Positions 12,546 through 26,598 are shown, counted from the first letter of the whole stretch. The stretch: DNA of 63,518 nucleotides, filler included, from Bonamia ostreae (GCA_040357525.1; 56 parts of 56 records of this genome joined end to end with filler, not necessarily neighbours in it); one strand, 5' to 3'. The notes: generated from the letters alone by a model not told the origin. Translations and numbers: made by a program.

Positions 12546-13552
12546 ATTAGCCGCAAATACTTTTGTTTGTGCTCCTTAAAAATGTCTTTGACCTCCAAAA
12601 CAATCTTTTTGGCGTTGTGACGTTTGTTGAAGACGGAAAATTCCGTGTTCACAAGAAAGATCCAACACATTTGATGAGGATATTCCATGAACACTCTCAA
12701 AGCAATTTTTCTTATAAACTGTTCAGACGATCGATTTTCGGTCGCCAGACGAGAAACGATCTGTGGCATTACAGAAAACCATTGGAACTCGCTGATTTCT
12801 TGGCACAACTTGTTCAACAAATTTTCTGTCTTCGCATTCAGTTCGATGGCGCCGTCAACGCAATATTGAAAGTACATAAAAAGTATTTTCGGGAGAGCGT
12901 TGAACAAGTACTTGTTACCGTTCCTCTTATCAATTGTTTGAATAAATTATTGATTTTAACAAAGTACTTTTAACTGATAACAACAATTTTAAAAAATTGT
13001 CAAAGTGCTTAAAATCGATTTGAAAAATCGCAAACAAGGGAAAGCATAAGAAATAAAATCGATTGGTACATCAGCTCCCGAACCAAAGAACGTTCACTGC
13101 TATCTCTTATCTTCAGTTCCAATAAATAATTGTAATAATTCCCGAGCAAATAACGCGTTTTGTCGAGTAACTTTGTGTCACCGGGTTCCTTTTCAGAGAT
13201 GTGCAGCAAACTCAAAATTTCGTTCGATTTTTTTGCTTTGAAAGCAATCGACCATTCCGCTAACAACATTCTCGCTTTGCTCAGACAAACTTCGGTCCCT
13301 TTAAGCGCTTCCAAATTTTTGCTTTCAACTTTTTCTGTTTCCTTTTCTACAAAATTTTGCAGAATTTGAATTGCTTCGAATTTGCGTTTCTTCGCTTTCA
13401 TCAGTTTGGCTTTTTCCAGAAACATGAGATTTTCCGGGACGCCCATTAGTTTGGCGCTCATCAAAGCGGAATCTGCCACAGTCAAAACATTTGATTTTCT
13501 GGCTTCTTTTGCCACTTTCAGCCAGCTCAAACCCTCTTCTTCGACCATCCCA
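12546..13552 (-). CDS. ATR: PIKK kinase FAT region, most like ATR/Mec1, internal exons
   Basis: WLKVAKEARK..ALMSA..EKAKL; intron 13035-12926 joins LMLSL/RNGNKYLFNALPKILFMY; WFSVMPQIVSRL and YPHQMCW motifs. Confidence 0.75.
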
Positions 13553-16159
13553 TTCTTTTATTTAAAAGGCGAAATTTAAAATTTGNNNNNNNNNNNNNNN
13601 NNNNNNNNNNNNNNNNNNNNNNNNNNNNNTTAATTAATTAANNNNNNNNNNNNNNNNNNNNNNNNNNNNNNNNNNNNNNNNNNNNTTCCATATCCACTGC
13701 AACTGACCTTAGAAATATAGTTTTGAATATAATTGTAATGTTGACCAACCTGAACTTAAAACTTTATTCTTCATTAACAATTCTAATTGATTAGCCTATT
13801 AGTCAAAGTCAGTGTTACACCATAACATCAATGCACTCATATATGCACCTATTTAACTTTTACAAAGAATTGCAATTTAAACTGTATTTCAGAAATGAAA
13901 TAGACAATAGTTTTCTTTAAAATCCCATCTCATTTCGTCAATGTTTTTCACTTTGCATATTCTTTATGTATTCTGATTTACTTAATAACAAAAAAACAAA
14001 CATTTTATATCATAACAGATTACTTTGTGTTTGTAAAAATGATATTTCATGTATAATGCTATGGGTTGAAAAGTTGAATCTAGCAGATTTGTGACTGTTA
14101 ATACATGTATCAAAATGTATGTTTTGAAACACTGATGCCCCTTTAACCCTAAAGGTCAAGGTAAAAAAAGTTAGGTACCAAAAGAAAGGTCTTGTTATAA
14201 ATAATACATGTGAAATATAGAGCCTAAGTAAATTAACTACCAAAAAGTTATGCTGAAGGTTAAAGTTTCAAAAGTAGGTTAAACCCTAAGGTTAATAGGT
14301 CATAGATTTTAAGAAAGGACTTATTAAGAGGAATACACATGTGATTTATGGAAGCCCTATCACGAACCATTCTACAGTTAGAGCGTTTGCTTACAGACAG
14401 ATGGACCAGAAACTATATGCCCCAAAGTCTGGCATAAAAAGGAGGGAAGCTTCTCCTTCCTAATTATTCTAGACTCCTAAAAAGAATGTATTGCATTGCA
14501 ATGTATCAATTCTTATGGCCATTCATGCCTATATGTATTTTATGACAATTTCATCAATAAAATTACTCTTAATTTTATGATTTTGAACACAATGATGTTA
14601 ACAAAATATATATTAAAAGGTTATGTCAAAACAGATCAATGTTTTATAATCTAAAATTATATGGTGGTGGTGGTGAGGTGGGGGTGTGGAAGAGAGTATT
14701 TTCCCTAGGTACATACATCTGCACTNNNNNNNNNNNNNNNNNNNNNNNNNNNNNNNNNNNNNNNNNNNNTTAATTAATTAANNNNNNNNNNNNNNNNNNN
14801 NNNNNNNNNNNNNNNNNNNNNNNNNTTCGTTACTGGAAGAAGGAAGTCACAAATCCTACAGTTCCTATTACCCTCAGCCCAATACATGCAAAATTGTGGT
14901 ACACATTGGTCGTTTAATATTTGAGAATAAGTTCTAAATGTTAAAGCAAGGCCGACGATAGACAAATCACAGTAAAGAAACAGCAAACAAAGGGGGGACG
15001 ATAATGATAATGGTTGAACGATAACACATTGCGAGTGAAACTCAGTTTTCGACCGCTAATGAATGATGGATATAATATTCCCTCTTTGAATACAAAAATT
15101 AAATGTTCCATAATTTTAAATACTTTATGTTCACCTTCAGTAGAAGTGCAGCTATTCACTACGATACATCNNNNNNNNNNTTAATTTTCGATTCTCCACT
15201 GAGCAGTTCGATTCAATATGAAAAAAAAATAAAGTATGTTTACAATATCTATTTATTTCCTTTAACTTTTAAACAACGTCTCTGATTGGCTACAAAATAT
15301 ACAATCAACACTTAGATCACTGATGCAAACAAGAATGAGTAGTAATTAGATAAACCAGGGCTAAACTATCCTTAACAGTCGCTTTGGAATATTTGGTTTT
15401 AGATAGGTTGTAAAAGATAAAAAAAAAAAAACCCATTCCCAATGATTTCTGTAATATTTGAATAAGTGATTAAACAGGTTTTTAGTCAAATTGCTTTTAA
15501 AGATTTGTATGAAATGTATTGATTCTATGATATCATGTATATGATTTCTAAAAGCTATTCTAAATCTAAGGTAACTAAAATATCAATAAAATGTGACCTT
15601 CAAATATTATCTAAAGTGTTTGATGTTGACTGTGTTTGAAAACAAATGCGTGTTGAATAACAAAGTTAATATTAAAGAACATTGAGCTTGTTGATCGAAT
15701 TGAAACAACCTAATCGAAAGGCTTCAAGTGAAATCGATTCAAATTGAAAAGTTTGTGTAATGTTAACACTCTAACCTTCAAGTCTTTTAATTTCTCTTTC
15801 TTGATCTCTTTCCAGTTTTTGTATTATATCTGTATAAAATATGTAAAAAAAAACAAAAAAAAACANNNNNNNNNNNNNNNNNNNNNNNNNNNNNNNNNNN
15901 NNNNNNNNNTTAATTAATTAANNNNNNNNNNNNNNNNNNNNNNNNNNNNNNNNNNNNNNNNNNNNTGATGTTTCAGATATACTAGGACACGGTTTAATAG
16001 CTCGTCTTTTTATGGTATTATCTTTACTTTTTATTTTTATTTTTGTCTTTGGCATTTTTTCTATAACAAAAATTTAGATTTTGAGATTTTCTTTAAATTG
16101 AGTTTAAACGTTTTTGATATTTCTCTTTGTTATTTTTCCAAAGTTTTCGAGAATGTCAA

Positions 16160-16850
16160 AACATGAGATTTGTCCCCTCTCGGCGGACTCCTCCCAGCTC
16201 TATATTTCACATCTTTTTTCTTTCTGTTTAAACTGTCTTTCGTCATTTCACTTGGACTAAAATTTTTGTCGCTCTTAAAAACTTGACAATTCCAGAAAAA
16301 ATCATCGCGGAAGATTTTGAATGATGCACAAAAACGATAAAATTCGAAGTCAAACACATATAAACGTCTTTTTTCGTATATTTATTGCGCTCATTTTCCT
16401 CGTCCAAATCGTCAACGAAAGGCGATGTCAAAAGGGAAATATTGAAAAGACAAAATTTTTGCTTTTCAAAATTTTCCGGATAAAAATCTTCAAAGTTGAG
16501 ACAAAATCTGTTAAAGTTTTTGTTCGAAAGCGAATTAGAGCCGCGAAGAAATATTTCTGGAAACAAAAGTTTTTGTTTTTGTTTCGGTTTGGCAAAGCTT
16601 TTGACGAGTTGATTCCAGTTTAAAGGATCGCTCAAATTTTCTAAAACAGTTTTGATATCAATTTCATTTTTGGGCGCGATAAAAACGGCGTAAAGTCTTT
16701 TTTCGTTTAAGAAGATTTTCGCCGCTTTGTAATCTTTTGTTTCGGATAAATGGATTTCGTCGCTTTCTAACAAAATTAACTTTTAATCAACAAATTAACA
16801 TTTTTTTGTTGGAATTTTGTTTTTGATTTTTGGATTTTGTCGTCAAAATC
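16160..16850 (-). CDS. Divergent serpin with a basic C-terminal extension, partial
   Basis: YKAAKIFL..LYAVFIAPK, LLFPE and NFIVFVHHSKSSAMIFSGIV follow serpin strand order; the 26-nt intron 16282-16257 yields the canonical terminal GIVNP. Confidence 0.62.
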
Positions 16851-17534
16851 CAGATTCAAATATGATGCAGAACATATTGAGATAATGTTCGACAATTCTT
16901 TAACATTCATTTCGAGTTTTTTGCTTTTTTCTGGCAAAATCTGATTATTATTAACAAAATTTAAATTTGTGATTTAAAATGTTTTTGACGAAATATTGAA
17001 AAAANNNNNNNNNNNNNNNNNNNNNNNNNNNNNNNNNNNNNNNNNNNNTTAATTAATTAANNNNNNNNNNNNNNNNNNNNNNNNNNNNNNNNNNNNNNNN
17101 NNNNATAATCGTTGAACGATTTTTTATGCAAAAAATGACCTGAAATAAAAATTTCTTAGTTGCATAATAAAATCGGACAATGAAGACAGAAAGAGAAAGA
17201 AAATAGCGAGTCGTCTTGAAGACTTCCCATAATAATAAGTCGTTTCTTTTGTTTAATGATACCATTTGCTTTAGTTAGCTTTTAAGGTATATTAACTTAT
17301 ACTCTAATATTATTTAATATATATCAAAAAGCTAAAATTTATGGTTTGTTGTGGCACGAAATGAGTTTAAATAAACTAATAAAGATTTTAATAATTTAAT
17401 ATAATTGTGGCTTTGTTTTTATAAGTTATTCGAGTACTTTTACACTGATTCTTTTTAATTTTGAAATTATCGCTTAAAATTATTTTAAATAAATTTTTTT
17501 CAAATTGGTTGTCGAAATGAGAAATTTTAAATCG

Positions 17535-17722
17535 AAATTTTTGCCATTTAATCCAATTTTATAAACGACAATTTTTTGCCATTTAATCCAATTTTATAAA
17601 AGACAATTTTTTGCCATTTTAATCCAATTTTATAAACGACAATTTTTTGCCATTTAATCCAATTTTATAAAAGACAATTTTTTGCCATTTTAATCCAATT
17701 TAATAAACGACATTTTATTGCC
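17535..17722. repeat. Tandem repeat (~34-35 nt, ~5 copies) downstream of COX5B
   Basis: TTTTTTGCCATTT(T)AATCCAATTTTATAAA(C/A)GACAA repeated. Confidence 0.9.
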
Positions 17723-17778
17723 AATTAATTCAAATAATTTTGAAAATATCGAGAAAAAAATAGCGTGAAAATATTTTA

Positions 17779-18119
17779 TTACCGCTGCAAATCCCAAACT
17801 TCCTTTTCTTCTTCATAATATTTATGGTCTGGGTGATCTGGGTGCCCAGGATGAGCCGTATCGAGAGCAAAGCACTGCCCACATTCCGGACAGCGATGTA
17901 TCGGCCCGGCTCTCAACAGAAAATAACCGAGATCGTGATTTCGTTCGCCATAACCTGTGCAACCGACGATTCGATGGTCCATTCTACTTGGAATCAAAAC
18001 AGGTTCTTCTTCAGTTCCAAAGTTGCCGCCCATGTAACATTGGAAACCATCGATTGCTTTGCCCTCACGTGGTCTTGGCCACGGATCCGATTTTGAATCA
18101 GCGTCGACTGACCCGACAT
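17779..18119 (-). CDS. COX5B: Cytochrome c oxidase subunit 5B (Zn-binding), last exon
   Basis: FGTEEEPVLIPS..RIVGCTG..H..YF.L..GPIHRCPECGQCFAL; frame is open upstream to a TTTTAG acceptor at 18120. Confidence 0.92.
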
Positions 18120-19382
18120 CTAAAATCGAAAATTAAATTAAGTNNNNNNNNNNNNNNNNNNNNNNNNNNNNNNNNNNNNNNNNNNNNTTAATTAATTAAN
18201 NNNNNNNNNNNNNNNNNNNNNNNNNNNNNNNNNNNNNNNNNNNATTTTGTTCATAATTCTAATTTTATAATTTTGCTTTAACAGTGTTACAACCTTGATG
18301 TGTCTATTCTTAATTCTGATATTGTATTTTTGTTTTAACAATTTCATTTCAATATTTTTGTTGCTGTTAATAATTTCCTATTTGATTCCTTAAACTTCAT
18401 TTTTAGAAAAGCTATTGTAAAATGTTGTTTTGAGTTGCTGAAATACATGTTAAATTTTCGATGGACATGGGGTCAATTAAATCCGCACTCAGAAGCTGAC
18501 ATATACTGTCACGCACTTCAGTATCAGGACCGTATCATCGTTCAAAGTGAGGGGATCTTGTTTTGACAATTCTTGAGAAGTGTAAACAATTCCTCAATCG
18601 GAGGTGGGGTAGGGGTGGGGGTGATTCTTCTTAAGCAATAGCTCTCTTGAAATTTCCCCAAACTCCGATGTTTTAAAGAAAGGGGACCGTATCCTTCGCT
18701 TCATAGATTCGATTCATTGTGTTACATAAATACATTTTTCTCATTCACAAATTCTAAGTTCTATTAAAATGTTGAGAGGACATTCACCCAATACATCTTT
18801 ATTTATATATTAAAGGAACAGATAATGAACATTGCTAAAAATGTGTGGGGAACCCCCTCTCCAATTCTACGTGCTTGAGAATGGCGTGCAAATATCAGTA
18901 GAGGAGGGCTGTTGGACTGCTACTACAGGCAGCAGACACTTTATCGAAAGCTATCACTTATAGGACACGCGGCTGCGGGTCAGAACAACACATTCAATAT
19001 CAGTTCATACAAAAAGGCGATCGAAGAGAAAGCATTGAGATGGTTCTTTGCACCCTTAGAAACAATATTAGAATATAATGTTACAATCTACAATATGTGT
19101 ATGGAATTCCGTATTTATCTTCTTTTTATCGAAAAAGGGGATAGGAAATTGCAATTTCACACTTAAATATGTCAGTGAATATTTTGTCTGTTAAAAACCT
19201 TATAATTATCAGCTCTACAAGAGTACAGTCTGGGTACCATCTCCGCAAAATTCGTTTGGATGTTTTGAAATTACCCAAAACTNNNNNNNNNNNNNNNNNN
19301 NNNNNNNNNNNNNNNNNNNNNNNNNNTTAATTAATTAANNNNNNNNNNNNNNNNNNNNNNNNNNNNNNNNNNNNNNNNNNNN

Positions 19383-20421
19383 CTTGGCTTCCTAGATCAG
19401 GAACTATAGCCTCATTAGCAATATCGAAGGCACCTGCGAAATCTTCACATTTCATTTCAACAGTATTTAATAGGTCAGATGTTTTTCCTTTAAAGTCTAT
19501 TTGGATTGTACCAGAGAATCTTTTCCCTGTAAAATCAAAATCAATACCAACATATTCTCCCTTTGAGGAATCACCTATTAGATAGGTTTCTCCAGCTCCA
19601 AATTCATATGATGATGTATCTCTAGCCTTAACAGTATTATACACCTGAGAGGCCTTTGTATGGCTCATAGCTGTTTCTATAGCTGTAGCAAGCAATGTGT
19701 AAGGTTTTGTGAATGTACCATCGCTATTTCCACCTGTATAAGTATCATCGAAATAAACAGTATCTGCTTCACTGTGTGTGTGAGAATCTTTAACATAAAG
19801 ACCATCAGCCTCTGATGTTAGGATGTTATCTCCAGCAGGATGTAATTTAACGTCTACTTTAATATCTCCAGGAGTCACTGAATCAGCAACAATATCCATG
19901 GATCCATTAGTTGATTTTAGGTTAATATTTCCAGAAACTGGGTCAACATTATTAATCTTTGTAGAGGCTCCACCAGATCCACCTATTGCCTTCAAACCAG
20001 AGGCAGAAACAGTTAATGTGTTATCTGAAGCAGGGTCTATTACTGGAGAAATATTTAGTTGTCGATTAGCTGGGCTTTAGAATGCCAAACCACCAGATCC
20101 ATCTGATAGAGTAATATTCTTAGAAACAGGAGTAATAATATTTATTTTATCCAATAAAGAGGTGATTCCACCTGCTCCAACAGCAAATAGACCATCAGAG
20201 TTTATTTGAATAATATTATTAGCTGATTTGGAAATATTAACTTGGGCTAATAGTTCATTTGCGGTTGAGGATGCTTCTACCTTTATGGAAGGATCAGCAG
20301 TAAATCCAATATCACCAGTAGAATCCGGATCAACTCCTCCAACGGATGAAACTGTTCCAGCACCACCACCAGCAGTCTTAAGATCGATGTTTCCACCAGC
20401 AGTCCTAGTTACAGTAACTGA
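19383..20421 (-). pseudogene. Virus/phage tail-fibre- or adhesin-like frame, intronless, one in-frame TAA at 20079-20077
   Basis: One frame spans the whole contig (~346 codons); three ~64-aa imperfect repeats (VSSVGGVDPDSTGDI..NNIIQINSDGL; PVSKNI..DNTLTVSASGL; INNVDPVSGNI..DNILTSEADGL), then VYFD..GNSDGTFTKPYTLLATAI. Confidence 0.6.
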
Positions 20422-22798
20422 NNNNNNNNNNNNNNNNNNNNNNNNNNNNNNNNNNNNNNNNNNNNTTAATTAATTAANNNNNNNNNNNNNNNNNNNNNNN
20501 NNNNNNNNNNNNNNNNNNNNNACTTCCTCTCTTGCTTCCCTCCTCTCTTTAAAGAATAACTACGATGCTACATGTCTCATTATATTCATACATGCATCAT
20601 CACATATTTTTTATCATGTTTTTATTTTCATGTGTGTGTTGATTTGTTTTAATTACAGATAACGTATGAAATTCTGAGTATCAATTGTATCGTATTTTAA
20701 AAGAAATACATGTATATACAATAGATATGACATATGTCTGATCCCCTTTCCCCATCCTTCAATTTGATGAAATGCAGACTTTAAAGTGTCTTCTATAAAA
20801 TTAAAGAAACTAAGCTTATTTCTTTTATCCTATATTTGATACAACTTGTTAAACCTCAGCAGAATGAAAAAATTTGGTACCATACGCTTTATTTGATATG
20901 CCTTGTTTCTTTATACTGTTTTATCAAAAGCTTAGGACTGCATCAATAATCACGACCTCCCCCCACCCTCAACTGATAGCGTAGAGGTTTTGTAAGCCAT
21001 TGGAATAATCTATGGTAATAACGTTGGTTGAGTATTGCCTTGTGGTTCTCAAGCAGAGGATGGAGAAATAAAATATCTATGACAAACAGAAGGACATCAA
21101 GACACATATTCAGACAAGCCGACATATCAGAAAAGCTCACTTCTGTCTTTGCATATAATTTATATAAATATATTCAGAGAAATTGGTGGACAAATTGATA
21201 TAACCTAAAATAATTCAGTACTATAAGTCCTTGAATATTTCACAGAATACACCGTTACACAACACCTTTATGATTACTTTTATAGACTTGGCTACTTTGA
21301 AACAGCAAGAATGGTGCGTGGATATGCAGTTTTATCAGCAATGTTCGTTAGCTTTATGGTAAGATATAAAAGTACTTCATTGTTATATATTATGTATGAA
21401 ATAGTTAGTATTACTGGAAGTGTAATATCAAATAAGTATTTGCTTTATTTTAGTTCCTACAAAATGATGCAAAACTTCCAAAGTTTGTGAATAGGGTATC
21501 GAAGTGCCCAGAGCCAGGTGATATCACAAAATGGGAACGCCGGTCTGAAGAACTAGAATGNNNNNNNNNNNNNNNNNNNNNNNNNNNNNNNNNNNNNNNN
21601 NNNNTTAATTAATTAANNNNNNNNNNNNNNNNNNNNNNNNNNNNNNNNNNNNNNNNNNNNTTTTCATCCAGCCCAGATGACACCCCATCTTCACCACTTT
21701 TTAAGTTCTCAAGGTTTTGTAGCTTTAAGGGATCGCTATAAATCCCATCCTCGACATATTTTACGAAGGTCCATAAAACTGTAATTTTGAAATTAAAAAA
21801 TTATAAATGTTGAATTCTTATAATTCCTCTTTAAAGAAAAACAATGCTCTGATAAGATGAGTTTTGAAAATTAAGTTTCACCACTCACCTGAATAACTCT
21901 TCATTGGAATTTTGATTTTACGCTTGCTTGAGCTTGATTTGTCCATTATCATGTGTCCTCCTTTTTTCTCTTAAATTTTTTTTTGGCGCATATGAAAATT
22001 TCCGTTGTATTATAATCTACGAAACTTCCGGAACAGTAACAAAATTTCCACGATATCGTAGCTAGCTTTAAACTGGAATGTGAAAAGTATAATTATAGCA
22101 ATTATATAAAACACACAATCCGAAGAAAAGAAAAAGAAATGCATAAAAGCAGATACATTGATTATTTTACTGGTTTCTTACAACGTAAGATTTAAAAGTA
22201 ATTCATGCGTTCCGGATCGTTGCCTATGGATTTTAAAATTTATACAGCAATTCTCAATTTCCGAATGTATTTAAAACACGTGTTGGTGTATTGGGATCCA
22301 TTTGGCAGTTGTTACCAAATAGTGGAAACACAAGTAAGCATTAAATACTAAAATACTATGATTGCATATTACACGATCTTGAGAGTAATTACATATATTT
22401 TCAGTTCTCATAAAAAACATTGATATGTATTATTTCAAAATTTAGTTCGTCATGTTCGAATTTCCTCTATCGATTTTATAAATTGCAGTTGAATTGCACA
22501 AGCAAATATTGTTTCAGAGTGTAAAGTTTCTGAAGTAAAAGAACAGAAGAATTTATCATAATCTATGGAGAACTCTGAAAGGAAGAGGAAAGAGCTGTGC
22601 AGTAAGATATATACATATAAATTTTGGAGTAGTAAAAAACAAATCAATGCAAGTATGACTGAGCTAGATCTATTGTATGATTGTAAATTGTTTAACGTNN
22701 NNNNNNNNNNNNNNNNNNNNNNNNNNNNNNNNNNNNNNNNNNTTAATTAATTAANNNNNNNNNNNNNNNNNNNNNNNNNNNNNNNNNNNNNNNNNNNN

Positions 22799-22925
22799 TA
22801 CTTCAGTTACAATTGCAATGGAACTTGTTATCTCCCAAACTGTCGAAACATTACGTCTTGTGATGCTATGACCGGGGAATGTTTGGTCGGCTGTGTTGAA
22901 GGCTGGACTGGAAAGACATGCAGTG
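22799..22925 (+). CDS. EGF/laminin-EGF-like exon (MEGF10/SCARF-like), host
   Basis: YFSYNCNGTCYLPNCRNITSCDAMTGECLVGCVEGWTGKTCS then GTAAG donor. Confidence 0.7.
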
Positions 22926-25074
22926 GTAAGCTAATCTTCTGCAACAAAGATATCATAAAATGAAAATTAACTAATTATTATTGGTTTTCGTCAATGGTGG
23001 AATATGAATTTGTTTCGTTCTTTGGATATGTCAGTCCACAAGAGTAAGAATAATCAGAACTACACAATACCCAGTTGTAAATGAAAAACCTACATGGAAC
23101 CACGAATGCTGTATCCCAGCAACACGCACATTGGTATTTAAATACTATAATCAATAGTATTATCAATATCAAAACCTACCAAACATATTGATTAAAACAA
23201 TGTTAATATCAGTCATGCCAAGGAACCTAATGTAATTAAGCAAATTTAACCAATGTAAAGTTGAATCATTGTCCCAGAATAGCAAACACACCCCTCAGTT
23301 TTCAGGGACTTTTACGAAACCCTGTAAAGTGGTATCAATATAGGACAACAATTGCGTTTTAACTGTAATTTGTTTATAACTTTTATTTTTGAACATATCT
23401 CATATATATAATCATCTCTAAATGACTACGAATTCTTCTGCGAATAAATTAAATAAATTTCAATGCATCCTTGATGCTTTAGTATCACGCCTTCACAAAG
23501 GCATGCCCATAGTTGTTCCTAATAAAAAAAATTAACAAACGACTTGAAATTTTCAGTAAAGTACGCACGTTTACAAGACTTCTAACAATAATGTACACCC
23601 TTCTTCAAGTTTGTATATAGTTATAAGGTGATTATTATTGTTTGTCTTAACTTTTGCATTGCATATAGGTAATAAATTAACTTTGGAATTAGGACGAAAA
23701 AGGAAAGAGCTACTTCGGATCACAGACACTACATATTAGTTTTCTAAACGTGTGTGTGCAATTTTAAAGAGTGAAATCAATCTTGCATTTGTTGTTATAC
23801 ACTTGCAGATAAAGAAATGTAATTTTGGAAAATAATNNNNNNNNNNNNNNNNNNNNNNNNNNNNNNNNNNNNNNNNNNNNTTAATTAATTAANNNNNNNN
23901 NNNNNNNNNNNNNNNNNNNNNNNNNNNNNNNNNNNNCATTCGATATTTATGAGTTACATATCTTACATCAGCAGAGTTACAGTTCTTAAATCAAATTTTA
24001 CAGTAATTTCTGTTTGGAAAGACTCTAACATATAGATGCATTGAGTTTCGTTCCGTTTGAGTTATTAGACTGGGATCATATTAGATTCCATTCTATTGCT
24101 ACATTATGTATCTCTTTCTCAGAAGTTTCGTAATTTGGTAATTTGCGAGTTTTTAAAAGAAAAAATCCCCTACGGCTTTTTAAAATTAGAAATTAATACT
24201 TGATACATGTGTTCATTGTGAATTGAACTTCTTCGAATATCTGTTACGCTACTTCTTAATTGAACATAGATTAAGAGTTAGTGTAGAGCACTTGTTTATG
24301 TCCTCGAGGTAAGATGAGTCGTACGTACAGTGATTGGTTTAGAACTCCAAATTATGTGAAGGAATGTGGGACAATGTGATAAAGGTATCACATGAAAATC
24401 TAAGGGCGATACTCAAGGCCGAAATGAAGGAAATGAACTGCATCAAATAACAAATTAAAGCTAATCAACCTGTCATTCAACGTATAATTCATTTTACTTC
24501 GGTTTGGCCATGTCATTTTTATTGGATGTAAAAAAAATATCATATTTTGTTTAATCAGATATACTTATACAGATGTCAGAATTGTGGACTACATGTATGT
24601 AACTTTGATCAATTAAAGGCTGACTAAAGTTTGATAGTTTTTGCTCCTAGGCAACACTAACGTGTGAATCAGTGCATTTAACAGTGCGCATGTAATACAA
24701 CATACAAACTTTTGCATTGTAATCAACACGAAAAGACATTTCATTCAACCGAAGGCATAGCAACTCTATAAAAGAGCAGGGAATCCATTCATATTATGAA
24801 TCATGATCGCAAAAATGTACATTGTTATCCCCCCTCCCCCCGTGGAGTCTTGGTTGCCGTCGCTCGTTGTGGTGTGGTTTCGGGTTTCTTGGAGTTGGGG
24901 AGCGGGTGGTGTGGGGGGGTGACAATTCGAGGCTGAGTGAGGCTAAATATGTTTGCTTCTAGGTACGTTGTATTNNNNNNNNNNNNNNNNNNNNNNNNNN
25001 NNNNNNNNNNNNNNNNNNTTAATTAATTAANNNNNNNNNNNNNNNNNNNNNNNNNNNNNNNNNNNNNNNNNNNN

Positions 25075-25366
25075 AGCCGTTACGATATCCTCCGTCGTTT
25101 TCGAAAAAACAGAAGAAAAATCTCTAAAGTTGGAAGAATCGACTTGTACCATTTGTCTCGAAAAATATAAAAAAGGAGAAAAAATTTGCGAGCTTCATTG
25201 CAGCCATGCGTTTCATAAGAATTGTCTGACGTTGTGGATTCGTTCCAATAGAGTTTGTCCTGTTTGTTTGCAGGATTTCAGAACTGGTCGGAATCTGAGG
25301 AAGCGCAGTCCTTCCAAAAAGGAAAGTCAAATAGTTGAGGATAGACTTGAAAATGTTGTTGAATGA
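25075..25366 (+). CDS. RING-H2 E3 ligase, 3' end
   Basis: CTICLEKY..LHCSHAFHKNCLTLWI..CPVC canonical C3H2C3. Confidence 0.9.
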
Positions 25367-25891
25367 GTTTTTGGCATTTTTCAATTTTAAAGCTTTTTAA
25401 GTTTAAATGTTTAACTATAAATAGTTTTTAAGCTGTTCATTTTTTAATGTCTCTTTAAATTGTTCAAGAATTTTTTAGTCAATAAAGATTTGATCAAATC
25501 TCTCCATTTTTTATTAATTTTAATGGTTTCTATTTGTTTCTTTTTGAATTTTATCGATTAATGGACAAGTTTAAATAGTTTTGCGAAAATGAAATTGTAA
25601 TTTTATCCATTTTTAGCGAAAATGTAATTTTTTAAATAGTTTCGCAAAAACATATCAAATGTAATTTTTTCGAAAATGTAACTTTCAATTTAAACGAATG
25701 AAAATATCAATAATAAATATCATCAAATCGACGACAAAACAAAACATTAAAGAATCAAAAAAACATCAAAATTTTTTATTGATAATTTTTCTAGTCACAA
25801 ACGATTTTAGTTTAAAAACTAAATTGTTTAAAAGTTCAGAGATGTTTTTAGGCTAAAACTAATAAACTCGGAAAAGCTAAGTTCATAATTT

Positions 25892-25982
25892 ATGCGAGGA
25901 ATGCCTGAACTCAGTTCTAGTAGTGAATACGATTCGAGCAAAGATGACGCAGACTGGCTTTCCACTTTTCTAGACCGCGAAG
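25892..25982 (+). CDS. Possible casein kinase II beta subunit, first exon; not in ORF track
   Basis: MPELSSSSEYDSSKDDADWLSTFLDREG resembles the CK2-beta N-terminus (SSS-acidic, W(I/L)S.F....G); GTTTT donor at 25983. Confidence 0.45.
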
Positions 25983-26571
25983 GTTTTCACCAAAATTTAG
26001 ACATATAGTATCAATATTTAGACAGACAATTTTAAAAAATAATTTAAACACAAAATTTAGCAAAAAAATTGAAACTAAAATTTTACTTAAAACAAAAAAT
26101 TTCGAACAAAAANNNNNNNNNNNNNNNNNNNNNNNNNNNNNNNNNNNNNNNNNNNNTTAATTAATTAANNNNNNNNNNNNNNNNNNNNNNNNNNNNNNNN
26201 NNNNNNNNNNNNATCAACTATTGCATAAATGTATGTATTTAGTAAACAAGTATTACAGTATATATTATGCATGTAACTTTACAAGCATTAAAGTACATGT
26301 GAGATATGGATGAAATATACAGAAGCGCATTAGTGAATGTGTACCATTAAAATGGTGTAAAATATATGCAACTTTTTAGAATTTCAATTTATGTATGCAT
26401 CATAAAATAAACATACGATGTATATCCATAAATTCACGCCTGTTTACTCTCAGTCTGTCTAAATCAGTTTTCACGCAGTTATCTAACCCATCCATGTAAA
26501 CGTAGATTAGGGGGTATTTTGGAATTACTTTGTCCCTCTGTCCGTAGAAATAATTTGTCTGAATATATTTT

Positions 26572-26598
26572 CATATATATATATATATATATATATAT
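26572..26598. repeat. (AT)n microsatellite
   Basis: About 13 AT units. Confidence 0.9.

Noticed and set aside
16243-16246. Bacterial-style ATGA stop/start overlap after the serpin ORF
   Set aside because: Better explained by the 26-nt intron that joins both frames and creates the GIVNP motif
20077-20079. Stop-codon reassignment (TAA=Gln) in the fibre-like contig or the protist
   Set aside because: Only one TAA in ~346 codons while Gln uses CAA/CAG; protist genes end normally in TAA/TGA and their internal stops fall within introns
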